DNA of 64,000 nucleotides from the NCBI GenBank assembly GCA_003427395.1, contig BFEA01000036.1:3849747-3913746 (forward strand). The letters are read 5' to 3'. The notes under the pieces are model-generated. The model saw nothing but the letters and a program-made list of their open reading frames with translations, did not search any database and had not been told where the DNA came from. This stretch comes from Chara braunii. Taxonomy: Eukaryota; Plantae; Charophyceae. This document shows, piece by piece, positions 38,485 through 49,940 of the stretch. Positions within the stretch are counted from its first letter, which is position 1; each line of letters starts with the position of its first letter. A program made the translations under genes and the position numbers.

Positions 38485-39607
38485 GATGGGGCAGATGAAG
38501 GATGAACCTCCTGTCTCCCTGAATGCGAGTCAAATGGGGGGGGGTCTTAGGTCTAGCTTGGCCTCGCTGGCTGGCTTGCTAGCAGACTAGAACTGTGAGC
38601 GGGCTTCTATCCTTGCCTTGCTGACGCTCAGCCGTCTGCAGAGTCTGCATAAGTTCTTCACAGTGTACCTGGTCACTATGTTTCCTCTTTCAGAGGAGAC
38701 TCAGGAGAGAGGCTTGCAAAGCAGACTACTTGCCAGGGCTTGGTGCATTCCCAGTTTGGCTCCCTGCCCTGCAGGCTGCAGCTTTGTGGTCTCCTGGCAA
38801 GTTTCGCTGTTAATGTGTCTTGCCCGGCCCATCCCAAGGCTACCGTCTTCACCGGAAGAGAAGAACGGTCGGTCGGCCGCATTTGGGGCAGCTTTCAGTG
38901 TAAATTCAGTCTAGAATCTAGATACAACGATTATTTCGGGGCGTTCTTTTTATTCGGGAGCCCAGTCACTGCCAAATTGCCATTCTTTATGGCTGGATCT
39001 CTTCCTGGCCGCCACCTGTCCGAAGTCCGCCATGCTTGATATCTCTCTGCATCCCCTTTGTTAAGTACTTGACTTGCAACTCGCAGCTTGCTTACTCTGT
39101 TGCCTGCTTAGGCTGCTTCGTTTTTCGTCCCCGCCACCTCATTCACTGTTTTCTAGTCTTTGACATGCATTTTAGCTTGGATTCTGACCACATACCTTGG
39201 TATGACAATCTTGCTCCCTCCGTTCTTTCTGCAGGAGCTGCTACCCCTTGGGCCCTCGGGGTCCCAGGCGATACACAGTGAGAAGCACAGACCTTGTTCA
39301 TCTATATTTAGCAAGAGAAGCTGCCTGCTTTTCTTGGATTGACGTTTTGTGTTTCGCAGGCTCTTGCTATGCTTGGCAGGCTCTCGTCTTGCCCATTTTC
39401 TTTGCCTGCAGCTATCTTCTTGGCCATCCTGCTGTATTCTCGGCTGGCTATCTTCATGGGCTACATTGCTGTTTGCCGTATCATGTCATGCCATGCCATC
39501 TATCGTCCTTCTTCTTCTTCTTCTTCTTCTTCTTCTTCTTCTTCTTCTTCTTCTTTTCTTTGACATGATGCCGTCTATCTTTCTTCTTCTTCTTTTTTTT
39601 TTTTTAC

Positions 39608-39709
39608 TGGACCATTTCTCGATTTATGCTTGTCATCCTTACTTGCGCGAGGGCCATGCTAATCTTCGGTCTTTGTATCGTTCCAATTTTAACGGATGTC
39701 CCGATGGAC
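39608..39709 (-). pseudogene. U6: U6 snRNA-derived copy B (full-length retrocopy with A tail)
   Basis: Minus strand reads GTCCATCGGGACATCCGTTAAAATTGGAACGATACAAAGACCGAAGATTAGCATGGCCCTCGCGCAAGTAAGGATGACAAGCATAAATCGAGAAATGGTCCA, followed by A13 and (GAA)n. Flanking ~25-bp imperfect direct repeats at 39557-39581 and 39710-39734. Confidence 0.92.
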
Positions 39710-40698
39710 TCTTTGACAAATTGACATCTATCTTAATTGCTAGTTTCAGACATTTAGTGCGAGGCTTCCTTAATAATCCTTATAAACCTGCAGAGGGCTC
39801 TTTCTGCCCTTCTTTCACTGATTAGCGCTCCGTCTTCCTGAATCTTCAGTGTGCTCTATTCACTTTTTCCTTAAAGCTTTCTGGTTTTGTTTGCTGACAC
39901 TGTCAGTCTCGCAGACTCTCGCTTAATGACAACTGTGCTTTTGTCAGGACTCAGAATATCTTGCTGCTTATCTTGCTCGTGAAATTACTGTCCGTCCTTC
40001 ACAGTTGTGCAGCTAGCCGTCAGGCCCAGCACTTCTCACTCTGCACTTTGCTACTAGGTCTTTTGTATGCTGGGGTATGTATTTCGCTGTTCCGTAGCTC
40101 ATAAGAACTAGGAGAGAGACTGCACCAGACTCGCAGAAAGGAGTTTTAGTCTGTTGCGCGCAGCTTGGAGATTGCATTCAAGTTGATTCAACCATTGCTG
40201 CACAGAGGCACGAAGGGGAAATGACCGTGGAGGATAGATGAACCCAGCTCATCACGGACCTCTCAAGCTGCTGCAGTTCTCCTGTGGTTTCTTAGGTCTT
40301 CACATTGACATCACTCAATTACTAATCACATACGATTACGACGACAGACTGCGGACAGTCATATGACGTATGTCACCCCTCTTTCGAGAATTATGATCCA
40401 CCACTTAGTTACAGACAAATGGTTTCCACTCTTAACAAATGGAAACCAGACGACGGGATTAGAGAGAAGTTCAGACAGCCCATAAGGAGCAGTCATTCCT
40501 TCTGGGGTTGTCCTCTCGACTCCTCTGTTCCAGGACCAACACATGGTCCTTCTCGATAGCTCGCCAGTGCCCCCACTGCACTGCAGTGGCTGCGCAATGT
40601 GACAATGTTTCTCCCCTGGCGGCTGGCCCGTTGGTTTCCAGACACTCTCGCGAGTCGTGAGTCGTGAGTCGTGACTCGTCAATTGCATCACTTCAGCT

Positions 40699-40912
40699 TA
40701 AACCACCAGTACTTCCAAGGCACTTTTCTCCTGGGCTGGAAACGACCTGTGCGCGAGAGATGGTTAAAGAAATGAACCAGCACGGGCCACCTTCTGGCCC
40801 GTGCCGCCAGCCATTTTGCACCGGAGGCCGAGGCCCGAAAGTCGCGGGGGTATACGCATTGCGCGATTGATATCGTCCCACGGAAACATACTGATGCACA
40901 GTGGTGGTTTAA
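40699..40912. mobile_element. TTAA-flanked MITE (ACCACCAGT terminus)
   Basis: TTAAACCACCAGTACTTCC...AGTGGTGGTTTAA. Same terminus as the 42059-42226 copy. Confidence 0.55.
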
Positions 40913-42039
40913 TCTCTAGATGGCAGAGGCTGTAGAGTTCAGACTCTGTCAGACTGACTTACGGTTGTCCTGGACTCCTGGGCGGCTGGGCCCTGGCCAT
41001 AGCAGCAATGCAGACTGTGTATCCAATCCTTGTGCCAGCCGCAACGACGACTCAACGAGGGTTGGATGGACTGCACGTGCATGTCCAAAAATGACGAAGG
41101 CCTTGGGAATGCACAGTTTCATGTCGTAGGGGGGGTAGAGCTTTTGTGGAGAGGCTGGGCGGGTGAGGAGATCACCAGTGGTGGTTTTGAGAGTAGGAGG
41201 GATGGGAATGGGGGTGGAAAGAAAAAGGAGAACCCTTTTCTTTTCTTTTGTATTTTACCTCCATGCCTGCATTGACGTGTAGTCCACTGACTGCCAGTGA
41301 CTGGTTGAGCGCGACACGTCAGACTCTCCCAGATTCCCACTGCTATGATCCTACCTCCTTCCACCTTGAGTGTTCCCCACACCTTCACGCCGTCGAATAT
41401 AACTGCCATAATGATCCTTAGGCTAGCTCCTTCCACCTTGAGTGTCCCCCACACCTTCACGCAGTGGAATAGAACACGGAGCAGCAGCTGTACAGTGAAT
41501 AGAACACAGTGTAGTGCCCCTCCATGAGAATTAGGACAACTTTAAGCATCACTACCACACTATTATGGCGTCTGCTATCACAAGGGAAAGATGGCAGCAG
41601 CTGTTCAGTGAGTTATCCTTGTATTGTTGGCTCCCTAAACAGCAGACCTGTAGCAGTCTCCATCATGTCCTTTCCTGTAAGCGGAAATGGAAGAGTTCAA
41701 GAGTGAGTCAAAGTAACTTCTCAATACCCAAAAGTAGCTGCCCCTTATTTTATCAAGGTCCTAATACTACAAATGAACCTCATCACAGGAAGCCCCTATA
41801 GCCTATAGGCTATAGCTAGCCGAGGAGTCAAACGCAGTAGATCCCGCTAGTCTGACCATACTGGTCTTGTCTTCATTATGGTTGAGTCGGGGTTGAGTTG
41901 GCCTGACCTTTTTTTTTTTTTTTTGTTTTAATCTAGCTAGATTTGAGTGTGCCCACCTCTTTTTCCCCAAACTACCCAGGGTTGAGTTATCCCCACTCTT
42001 TTTTTCAACTTCATATTATTGCCGCTGCTCAGTATATAA

Positions 42040-42610
42040 GCTGAGTGTGGACAAAAGTTTAGACCATCAGTACTTCCAAAAGTCACGGCTTGCATGCTGC
42101 AACCCATCGCTACAGTGACGCGATGTTTCCACTCGACGGAAGTTATCCCACCGTCCCCAGGCCCATTCATCCCGGCAAATTGCGGCATGCTTGCTGCCGC
42201 GACTTTTGGAAGTACTGGTGGTTTAAGCTTGCGAATTTGCCCTTGCATGAGCACATTTCGCACTGGATTTTACTCCTTTCGTGGCTATCTACAATACTCA
42301 TGCCAGCCTGGTTTTCTGGTTGAGTGCGGACAAACGTTTAGACCACCAGTACTTCCTGAAGTTGCAGCTTGCGTGCTGCCACCGTTTGCTACGGTGACAC
42401 GATGTTTCCACTTGTCAATGAATGAATTTATCCCAGCACCCCAGGTTTGTTCAGCCCATCACGCCGCGGCGTGCATGCTGCCATGACTTCCGGAAGTACT
42501 GGTGATTCACGCTGAGAATTTGTCCTTGCATGAGCACATTTACTGCTGGATTGAAGTGGACTCTACTCCTCTCCTGGCTATCTACGTTACACATGCCAGT
42601 CCACTTTTCT
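42040..42610. repeat. Tandem duplication (~280 bp x2), each unit containing a TTAA-type MITE
   Basis: Units start TGAGTGTGGACAAA and TGAGTGCGGACAAA. Each has inverted ACCAYCAGTACTTCC...GGAAGTACTGGTG arms. Confidence 0.8.
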
Positions 42611-44000
42611 CCAAGCTGTGGCATCGGCCTCACATTTTCACATAGTCACAGAGTCGCACAGATCTCATGGTACCATGACCGCTTGTGAGGTTCTTCAAGT
42701 CCTGATATGGTGTCTGACAGATACTTCCAAGTAAGCTAGGAGTCCTGATATAGTAAATCTGAGAAAGGAAGGACGGCCGAAGGTAGCACAGAGTCACAGG
42801 GTCAACCGTTGAGCCGCATAATCTCTATTCGATTGAGCGTAAGGGAAAATCAGTTTAAATCACTGCTTCAATGACACATCATTAGCCGGAAAACCACTTC
42901 TTTTTTTTTTCAATGTCACCACCACTATTTAGTGGTCGTCCCGTTCACCAAAAAAACACCAAATGAACGGCCTGTCACGTTCACGGGATCGGCACTGGTG
43001 GTTCATATACTTTAAAATGTTCAAATAAGATTTTGAAAAAAATATTTCGAACATTGAAAGTTGAAACTTTCATTCATAATATAGATAAGGAATTAATTTA
43101 AAGCCGCAAAGTTACAACATATTATTTTCCTATAGTTTTTTTGCTTTTGTTTTTGTTTTTTTTTGGGCTGGAGCTGCGTGGAACCCTCTTGGGGTCATGC
43201 CCGGCCGGGCACCTGGGCGTGTATCCAGGCACAAGTTGGGTGCCCAGGCGTGTGGAAAAACAGCCTAGCTGATTACCATAATCATTTGATTTTAGACGAG
43301 TCCGTTCCCTTTCTAAAATCCTAACTTACATGCGTACATAAACACACATACATTGATTGTCAAATAAAGGGTGCATTGTTTATCTTATGTATTATTTTCT
43401 ATTCAATTCATGCATGAAACAATCAAACTTTATTAATATGGATATCGATTGCTATGTATGAGAAATACAAAGATGGAGCACGCAACTTTCACTTCCTATC
43501 AATTGATAAATATGAAGCATTATACATGTTAATCTCTAGAAGTGGTTTCGTCTCTCTATGTGCAATGGAATGTATGTGTAAACGAGTGAGAGGGGAATAT
43601 CAAGAAAAGAATCGAGAGAGAAAGAAAATAGAGTGAAGAAAATCTTTGACCACCGAGAGTCCATCAACGTATCGAGTTTATGATTTATTTATTGTTATGG
43701 AGATGGTAAAGAAATAGTGGGGAGATAAGAGTAGTCTTTACAAGTGTATGAGTACTTCTGCATTTACTTAATGTAAATGTAGGCTGCAATCTTTGGTTAT
43801 GAGTAGCACCCTGTAAGCGTACGCCAAGCGTATGCATACGTATTCCGACACACACATGTATACCTAAAAACGAGCATATGTATACGTAAACAAAACGAAG
43901 CAAAACACATCTCAAAAAAACGTATGTGTGCAGATTAATAATGCAAACAACTTTAATCCAAGAGTCATCCTGAAATTCTTAGCCCAAATCCACTTAAAAA

Positions 44001-44274
44001 CTAGGCTACCAGCCGGGCCGCCCGGGTCCCGGTGGCCAGCCCGTGCAAGGACCAGGGAAGGTCCCAGCAAAACAAAAAAAAAATAAAAAAAATCCGGAAA
44101 ACAACTATGTTATGCCAAAGAATAAACTGAACAACTTTTGCCTCAGGGTCACATCGAAATTCTGCACCAAATTTAGAAAAAAAATAAAATTTAAAAATAA
44201 TTGTTTTATTTTTATTTTTTTAATTGTTTTTGGCCCGGCCCGGCAAGTGACCCCGGGCCTTTCTGGTAGCCTAG
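44001..44274. mobile_element. hAT-type MITE, CTAGGCTACC family
   Basis: Perfect 12-bp TIR CTAGGCTACCAG and 8-bp TSD CTTAAAAA. Confidence 0.9.
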
Positions 44275-44892
44275 CTTAAAAATAAAAAACGATAAAGAAA
44301 CTTTTAGAGAATAAAATTTTTAAAAAATGGTTATTCAATTTTATGACAATCCTATCTTTTTTTTTGTTTTTGATTTTTCACTCGAGTTTGGTTGAGAATG
44401 TCATGATGGGTCCGAAACAAACGTTCATTACATTATTATTTTTCATTACTTTTTTTTTTTTTTTTTAATTTTTTTTATTCCACGCGTGTCCCGCCACGTG
44501 TCCGAGCCCCGTTGCGCTCGACCCGTTGATCGAAATTCAACGGGAATCCCCCGTTATACCATTCAACGGGGATTCAACGGGGATTCAACGGGGACCCCGT
44601 GGGTGTTCAACGGGTACAACGGCGTTGTACAAAACCCGTTGCCCGTTGAATGGACACACAGTCTATCAATATCAACTTTAATCTTAAAGTACGAGTCATA
44701 GTATCAAGGAATGGATTGACGAGTGTCAAAAAGTTCATGTGCATTCAGGTTTATGCATAGTCGTGTTTCTTCATAATTTGTCAAACCTATCATTGTTGTC
44801 GCTTTGTGAGTAGTTTCGAGAAAGACGATTTCATAAAGCTTACGAAGTTATGAGCATTATCTCAATTAAAGTTTCATATTGTTTTTAAATAA

Positions 44893-45084
44893 GCGGTAAC
44901 TTCAGTAGAGTAAAAAAAACGAGTTATAACTGCACTATGTGGCAAGATAGAGTTTGCAATTGCACTTCGAACACACCTGACCAGAAAGTTGGGTTGTATA
45001 CATTGCCCAAACTGCAAGTTGAAACTGTTTCTTGACCCATAGTGTGATTATAACTCGTTTGTTTTACCCCCGCGTAGTTTCCCC
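44893..45084. mobile_element. Mutator-type MITE
   Basis: Long imperfect TIRs starting with G and a perfect 9-bp TSD TTTAAATAA. Confidence 0.8.
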
Positions 45085-47305
45085 TTTAAATAAACATCAC
45101 TAAGTGTCAATCTTAACTAAATAGTAACCTAGTGGAGGGCTAATTTAAGGCAAGCTTAACCTCTTACCCGGAAAAGGATCAAATTACTATCAATGAACCT
45201 ATCTTTGTAACATAAGCACGTTGAAGTTTTTCTTGCAAGGCTATAACGCATATACATATATATATCGGTTGTGAGATAGTCGTATGAATAAGCGAGAGAA
45301 GGAAGAAGGTAATAAAAAAATGATTTGTCATAGTATTATATCTTTTAACACACTATAACCATGATGATTTGTTCACTAAGGCCATGGCGTAATTATATTT
45401 TTCAGGATAGAGAGGCAATGATGGATTGTAAGGGATGAAATTACTATATAATAGTATAAATTACTAGAAGTTTTAGGGACCCGCTTAGACATAAAAAAAA
45501 TTCTTAAGGATAAGGGTCAATTTCTTAAAGGAGTCGCAATTGTATCTTTCATAACCTAAGTTCTTGATTCCTTTCATCGTTTATAACCCCTTGTATGGTG
45601 TAATGTAATCGGCGAGTTAAGGATGCGAATCAAATGACCAATGCAATCTTTTCATGAAATACTATCTTGGTGAATATGTGTTTTTGACCCTAAATCTTCG
45701 GTTATATCAAAGTCATCACTTGGGAGTATCTACGAGGGTCTCGGAAATCGGAGTTGTGTAGCAATATGTCTCATGTTAAAAAGTGGGGTAACAACATTAA
45801 CTTGTCTCTACAGAGCGGTTCCCTGTAAAGGATAACCACCGCCTCCACCTGCTTCATCTCCTTCTCCGTTATCATTGTCACTTTTGCCCCTCTGCATGGA
45901 GCAGCCACTACAATGTGGTAAAGAAGTAATTTAAAATTAAAAAGGAAGAAAGGAGACTCTAGAAGGTAGTCGAATAATGCTAAGAAGGAATAAAAAGAAG
46001 TTCAAACACATGCAGAAGATAAGTAAGGGCGTACTCACAATGAACAAACATTTAGTTAAACTTGACAAATTTCATTAATATCACGAAATTCGCCGCCCCG
46101 AAAAAAAACGGTATTTCTTCGTATTTTTTTATCCTCACGACATCAGACTATTGGTGGTCCGTCGTCCTGGGATGCTGGACCATCTGATCCACCTTGAGAT
46201 GTATCTTGAGATGCATACGATGGTTCGGTATCGTCGAGACTCCAGACCATCAATGGTCGACGTCGTGGGGTCAAAAAGGCGATTGGCCTTTGGTTCAATG
46301 GTTAGAACACCAGTTGGAAATGCGCATTGTATGAGGTTGCATGTTTAAAATTCCGCTGCCCTGTGCACGGAGGCCTACGAGCGCTTTCATTGCGCACTGC
46401 TTTTCACACACCACACCTTGGTATAACGCATGGTGAGCTTATATCGACACTGCCTGTGCACCGCTGAAGGGGATTGGCCCATCGTTGTTGTAGGTCGGAG
46501 TTTGGTTGTAGGAGGTCTGCCTAATGTTGTTTGGTCCATGGGTTTTGGGTGTGGTCCACGGGCGGGAGGGGGGCGTAGTCCACGCGGGGGAGGGGGGGGT
46601 GGCGGGGCCTTAGTTATGTTGCCCAATGACAATAGGTTGGGTTTTGGCTGTGATACACGGGCGGGAGGGGGGGTGAAGGGGCCTTAGATAGGGTAGATAG
46701 AGGGTATGGATATAGGCCTGTTGGACGAGTTGCAGTTGTTGAGATAGTGTAACAATTGAGATGTTGGGCTGTGACAATGAGTTCAGATGGTTGGATTGTT
46801 CGAGTCGTATCGCCCGTGTAGAGTCCTGAACTCAGCGTTCGCCTTCCATCCCTGCTAGGGCGTAGATCAATGGGGTATTCCTAGAGTAGTCTGGGTACCA
46901 TTAGGAGTTGCTTGTGCATAGAGGGGCCACCCGGGGAGTCCTCGACCTAGGGATGGTTGGTAGAGAGCTGGTAGATCAAGGTACTGCACACAGTCTGAGC
47001 AGGCTCTGCCCCGAAGTCTGCTTATCAACAACAAGGGATGAGTAGGTAGTAAGGGAGTTGTAGGTGGGCGGAGGTATGGTACTTACGATTCCCAAGGGTG
47101 GACTTTAAGGTTAGCTTGCGGGATCCAAGGACTGTGCTTTAGGGGCAAGATAGACGTCATCTCTAGGAAGGTGCTTAAGATGAACGAGGGGGAGGGCAAG
47201 GTTACCATATAGGTAGAGGGTGGTGGGTTGGTGGGAACATCGCACCTACTAGAAAGGAGGGTAGGGTCCCCCTTTAACTCCTCTAGTTGGGAAGCAGGGA
47301 GTAAC

Positions 47306-47815
47306 CTATGAAACACCTGCGGACGCGTCCAAGGGGTCGAGATCGGAAGGCGGCCATATTCATGTCCTCATCCGCGGCTGGCCTTGGCCGCGCCGCAGAC
47401 ATGAATTTACACAAATTTTCCTGAATTAAATAATGGGTAAAAAATATATAGATATATATATGGGGTTGTAGGGATTTTCAAGCCCTACAACCCCATTTTT
47501 TTTTTTTTGGAAACAAATAATTTTTTTGAATTATAAAAAATAAAAAACAGAAAAGGTGGAGAAGAGAAATAAAAAAATAATTAATATATATATATATTTT
47601 TTAATGGATGGGTGTGTGTGTGTGTGTGAACGTGTGTGTGTGTCTGCGTGTGCGTGTGCTCCCACGCATGTGTGTGTGTGTGTGTGTGTGTGTGNNNNNN
47701 NNNNNNNNNNNNNNNNNNNNNNNNNNNNNNNNNNNNNNNNNNNNNNNNNNNNNNNNNNNNNNNNNNNNNNNNNNNNNNNNNNNNNNNNNAGAGAGAGAGA
47801 GAGAGAGAGAGAGGG

Positions 47816-47848
<33 letters not shown>

Positions 47849-47854
47849 CCCACG

Positions 47855-47944
<90 letters not shown>

Positions 47945-48054
47945 CGCGCGCGCGTGGTGCGTGGCGGGGGGGTGGGGCGACCCCTCCCCCACCAATCAAT
48001 CAATCAATCAACAAAAAAATAAAGCAAAATCGATTGAATGAATGAATGAATCAG

Positions 48055-48090
<36 letters not shown>

Positions 48091-48163
48091 CAACAACAAA
48101 AAAGAGCAAAATGGAATGAATGAATCAATCAATCAACGGGGGGGGGGTGCGACTCCGCCCCAC

Positions 48164-48198
<35 letters not shown>

Positions 48199-48493
48199 CG
48201 AAAAAAAGGGAAAAAAAAAAGCGTTTTTTTTTTTGTTTTTTTTTTTCAATTATCTTCACTCATTGCCAAAACCCCCAACCCAAAAATTTATATTTTTTAA
48301 TTTTTCTTTGTTTGAGGGGGTGGGGCTGGGGTTGCGCCGCCCCATGGCACTTCCCAAATCCCCAACCCCCCTCCCCATTGGCCGCCATGCGGCCGCAAAG
48401 TTGCACGATCGCGCAGACATGTCCGCGGGGTCGCAGACCTGACCGCGGCCACGGACTTGGCCGCGCTTGGCCGCCGCCGAGGGAGATTCATAG
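47306..48493. mobile_element. Non-autonomous hAT element (CTATG TIR family) carrying (GT)n, (GA)n and (CAAT)n arrays
   Basis: CTATGAAAC...GATTCATAG termini with a perfect 8-bp TSD GGAGTAAC. Confidence 0.85.
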
Positions 48494-49170
48494 GGAGTAA
48501 CTACCTGCAGACGAGTTGGCTTCAATAGATTCGGGGTTACCTACGGTAGCACACCTGGGGGTGCAAGTAATTGGAACTCGTTAGGAGATGCACACACGCA
48601 TATCCGTAAGACGGTCACATGGCTGTAGGGTCGGCTCGCGATGTAGATGTCAACGTTGGAAAACTGGTTCTCTTTGGTAGGCTAGGAATCCCCATAGGCC
48701 GTCTAGGCAACTAGATGGATGTGGGTTCAAGGCTAGACTGCCAGGCCAGGCATCTAACCTCTACAACAACCACCTTTCTGGGAAAAACAAAAAGTTAAAA
48801 AATCCTAAAAAACACTTTTTTTCTTTTTTTTTACCAACCATTTTGTGAAATTAATAAAAAATGTCAAGTTTAACCAAATGGCAGTTAGTAGGACTTTCCC
48901 GGATGTATGTGACCACTTTTCTGGGTGTGCCTGGATACACTCGACCACAATTACGTGCAGAAAGAAGTGGAAAAAAACACAATTGAAAGCATGCCCTAAC
49001 CTTGGTGATGATTCCACAAATGTGGCCAGGCGCAAAACGATGGGTTGAAACTGCAAGGACTATTCTCCACTTTACTTTTTTTTTTTTTTAATATATATGC
49101 GGGCGGCTCCCGGTTTTGAGTGAGGCATCACCGGCCTTTCTCTTTGTGTCTTCTAATAACATGGATTCAA

Positions 49171-49251
49171 GCTACTTGGGGACATCCGTTAAAATTGGAA
49201 CGATACAAAGAAAGAAGATTAGCATGGCCCCTCCACAAGGATGACATACAT
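49171..49251 (+). pseudogene. U6: U6 snRNA-derived copy C (3'-truncated, A-rich tail)
   Basis: GGGGACATCCGTTAAAATTGGAACGATACAAAGAAAGAAGATTAGCATGGCCCCTCCACAAGGATGACATACAT, followed by (AAAT)n. Confidence 0.9.
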
Positions 49252-49893
49252 TTAAAAATAAATAAATAAATAAACTCTAGGGTATAGACGAGAGGTCAAA
49301 TCCATGGGTGTTAGGTTTGTGGTTTAGGCCCTTTAGGGTTTAGAATAGGGGCCAAAGGATTTCTAGGGTCGAGGTCCCTCTAGCAAAGAGGGTTGGATTT
49401 AACACCTGAATCTGGACAAGTTCCATGGTGAGATGCAGAAAAGCAGATCAATCCTGGTTTTCTACACCTTGCCGCATAACACGGCCATCTTCAGGGCACT
49501 CATTCCAATGCTCACTATGGGCCCATATTGTTTGTTTTTGAAAATTTCGACGAATTTCGCACCGAAATTGTTGGCGAAAACGACGAATATTTAGCCCCCC
49601 GTTAACTATCTCTCAGACTAAGGAGCGTCACTCAAGTAAGTTAGTTTAAAAGTTTTAAACACCTATGAAAATCACAACGTTCTCCGATTTGCACATTGCT
49701 CAAATATACAAGACACAACAAGTCACACCATGCGGATAGAGAAAGGGAAGGAGGACAAGGAGGGGAGGAAGAAGAAGAAGAAAGACAAGAAGAAAGGGAG
49801 AAGAAAAAAGACAAACATGTGTCCCGAACTCGACTTCATTTGAAAATAAAAACATGAAGATGAAGCGAAAACCGAAATTCTTGCATGCGTTAT

Positions 49894-49940
49894 AGCCCGA
49901 CCGGTTTCACCTGGTCTGCCAACTAGGATCATTAGAGGCC
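49894..49940 (-). ncRNA. Minimal type I hammerhead ribozyme motif, 3' repeat copy (core mutated)
   Basis: GGCCU-CUAAUGA-U-CCUAG-loop-CCAGG-U-GAAA-CCG-GUC-GGGCU, with palindromic ACCGGU stem III. Confidence 0.75.

Noticed and set aside
29910-40193. Shared 18-mer CATTCAAGTTGATTCAAC at ~29910 and ~40175
   Set aside because: Flank similarity is too weak to define a feature. Probably an old repeat fragment.
46150-48780. Proline-rich minus-strand ORF fragments
   Set aside because: Short, frameshifted and without a recognisable domain. Likely a decayed element that could not be classified.
49300-49345. TTTAGGG-like interstitial telomere repeats near the PLE 3' end
   Set aside because: Only one exact unit, and it is about 300 bp from the element end.
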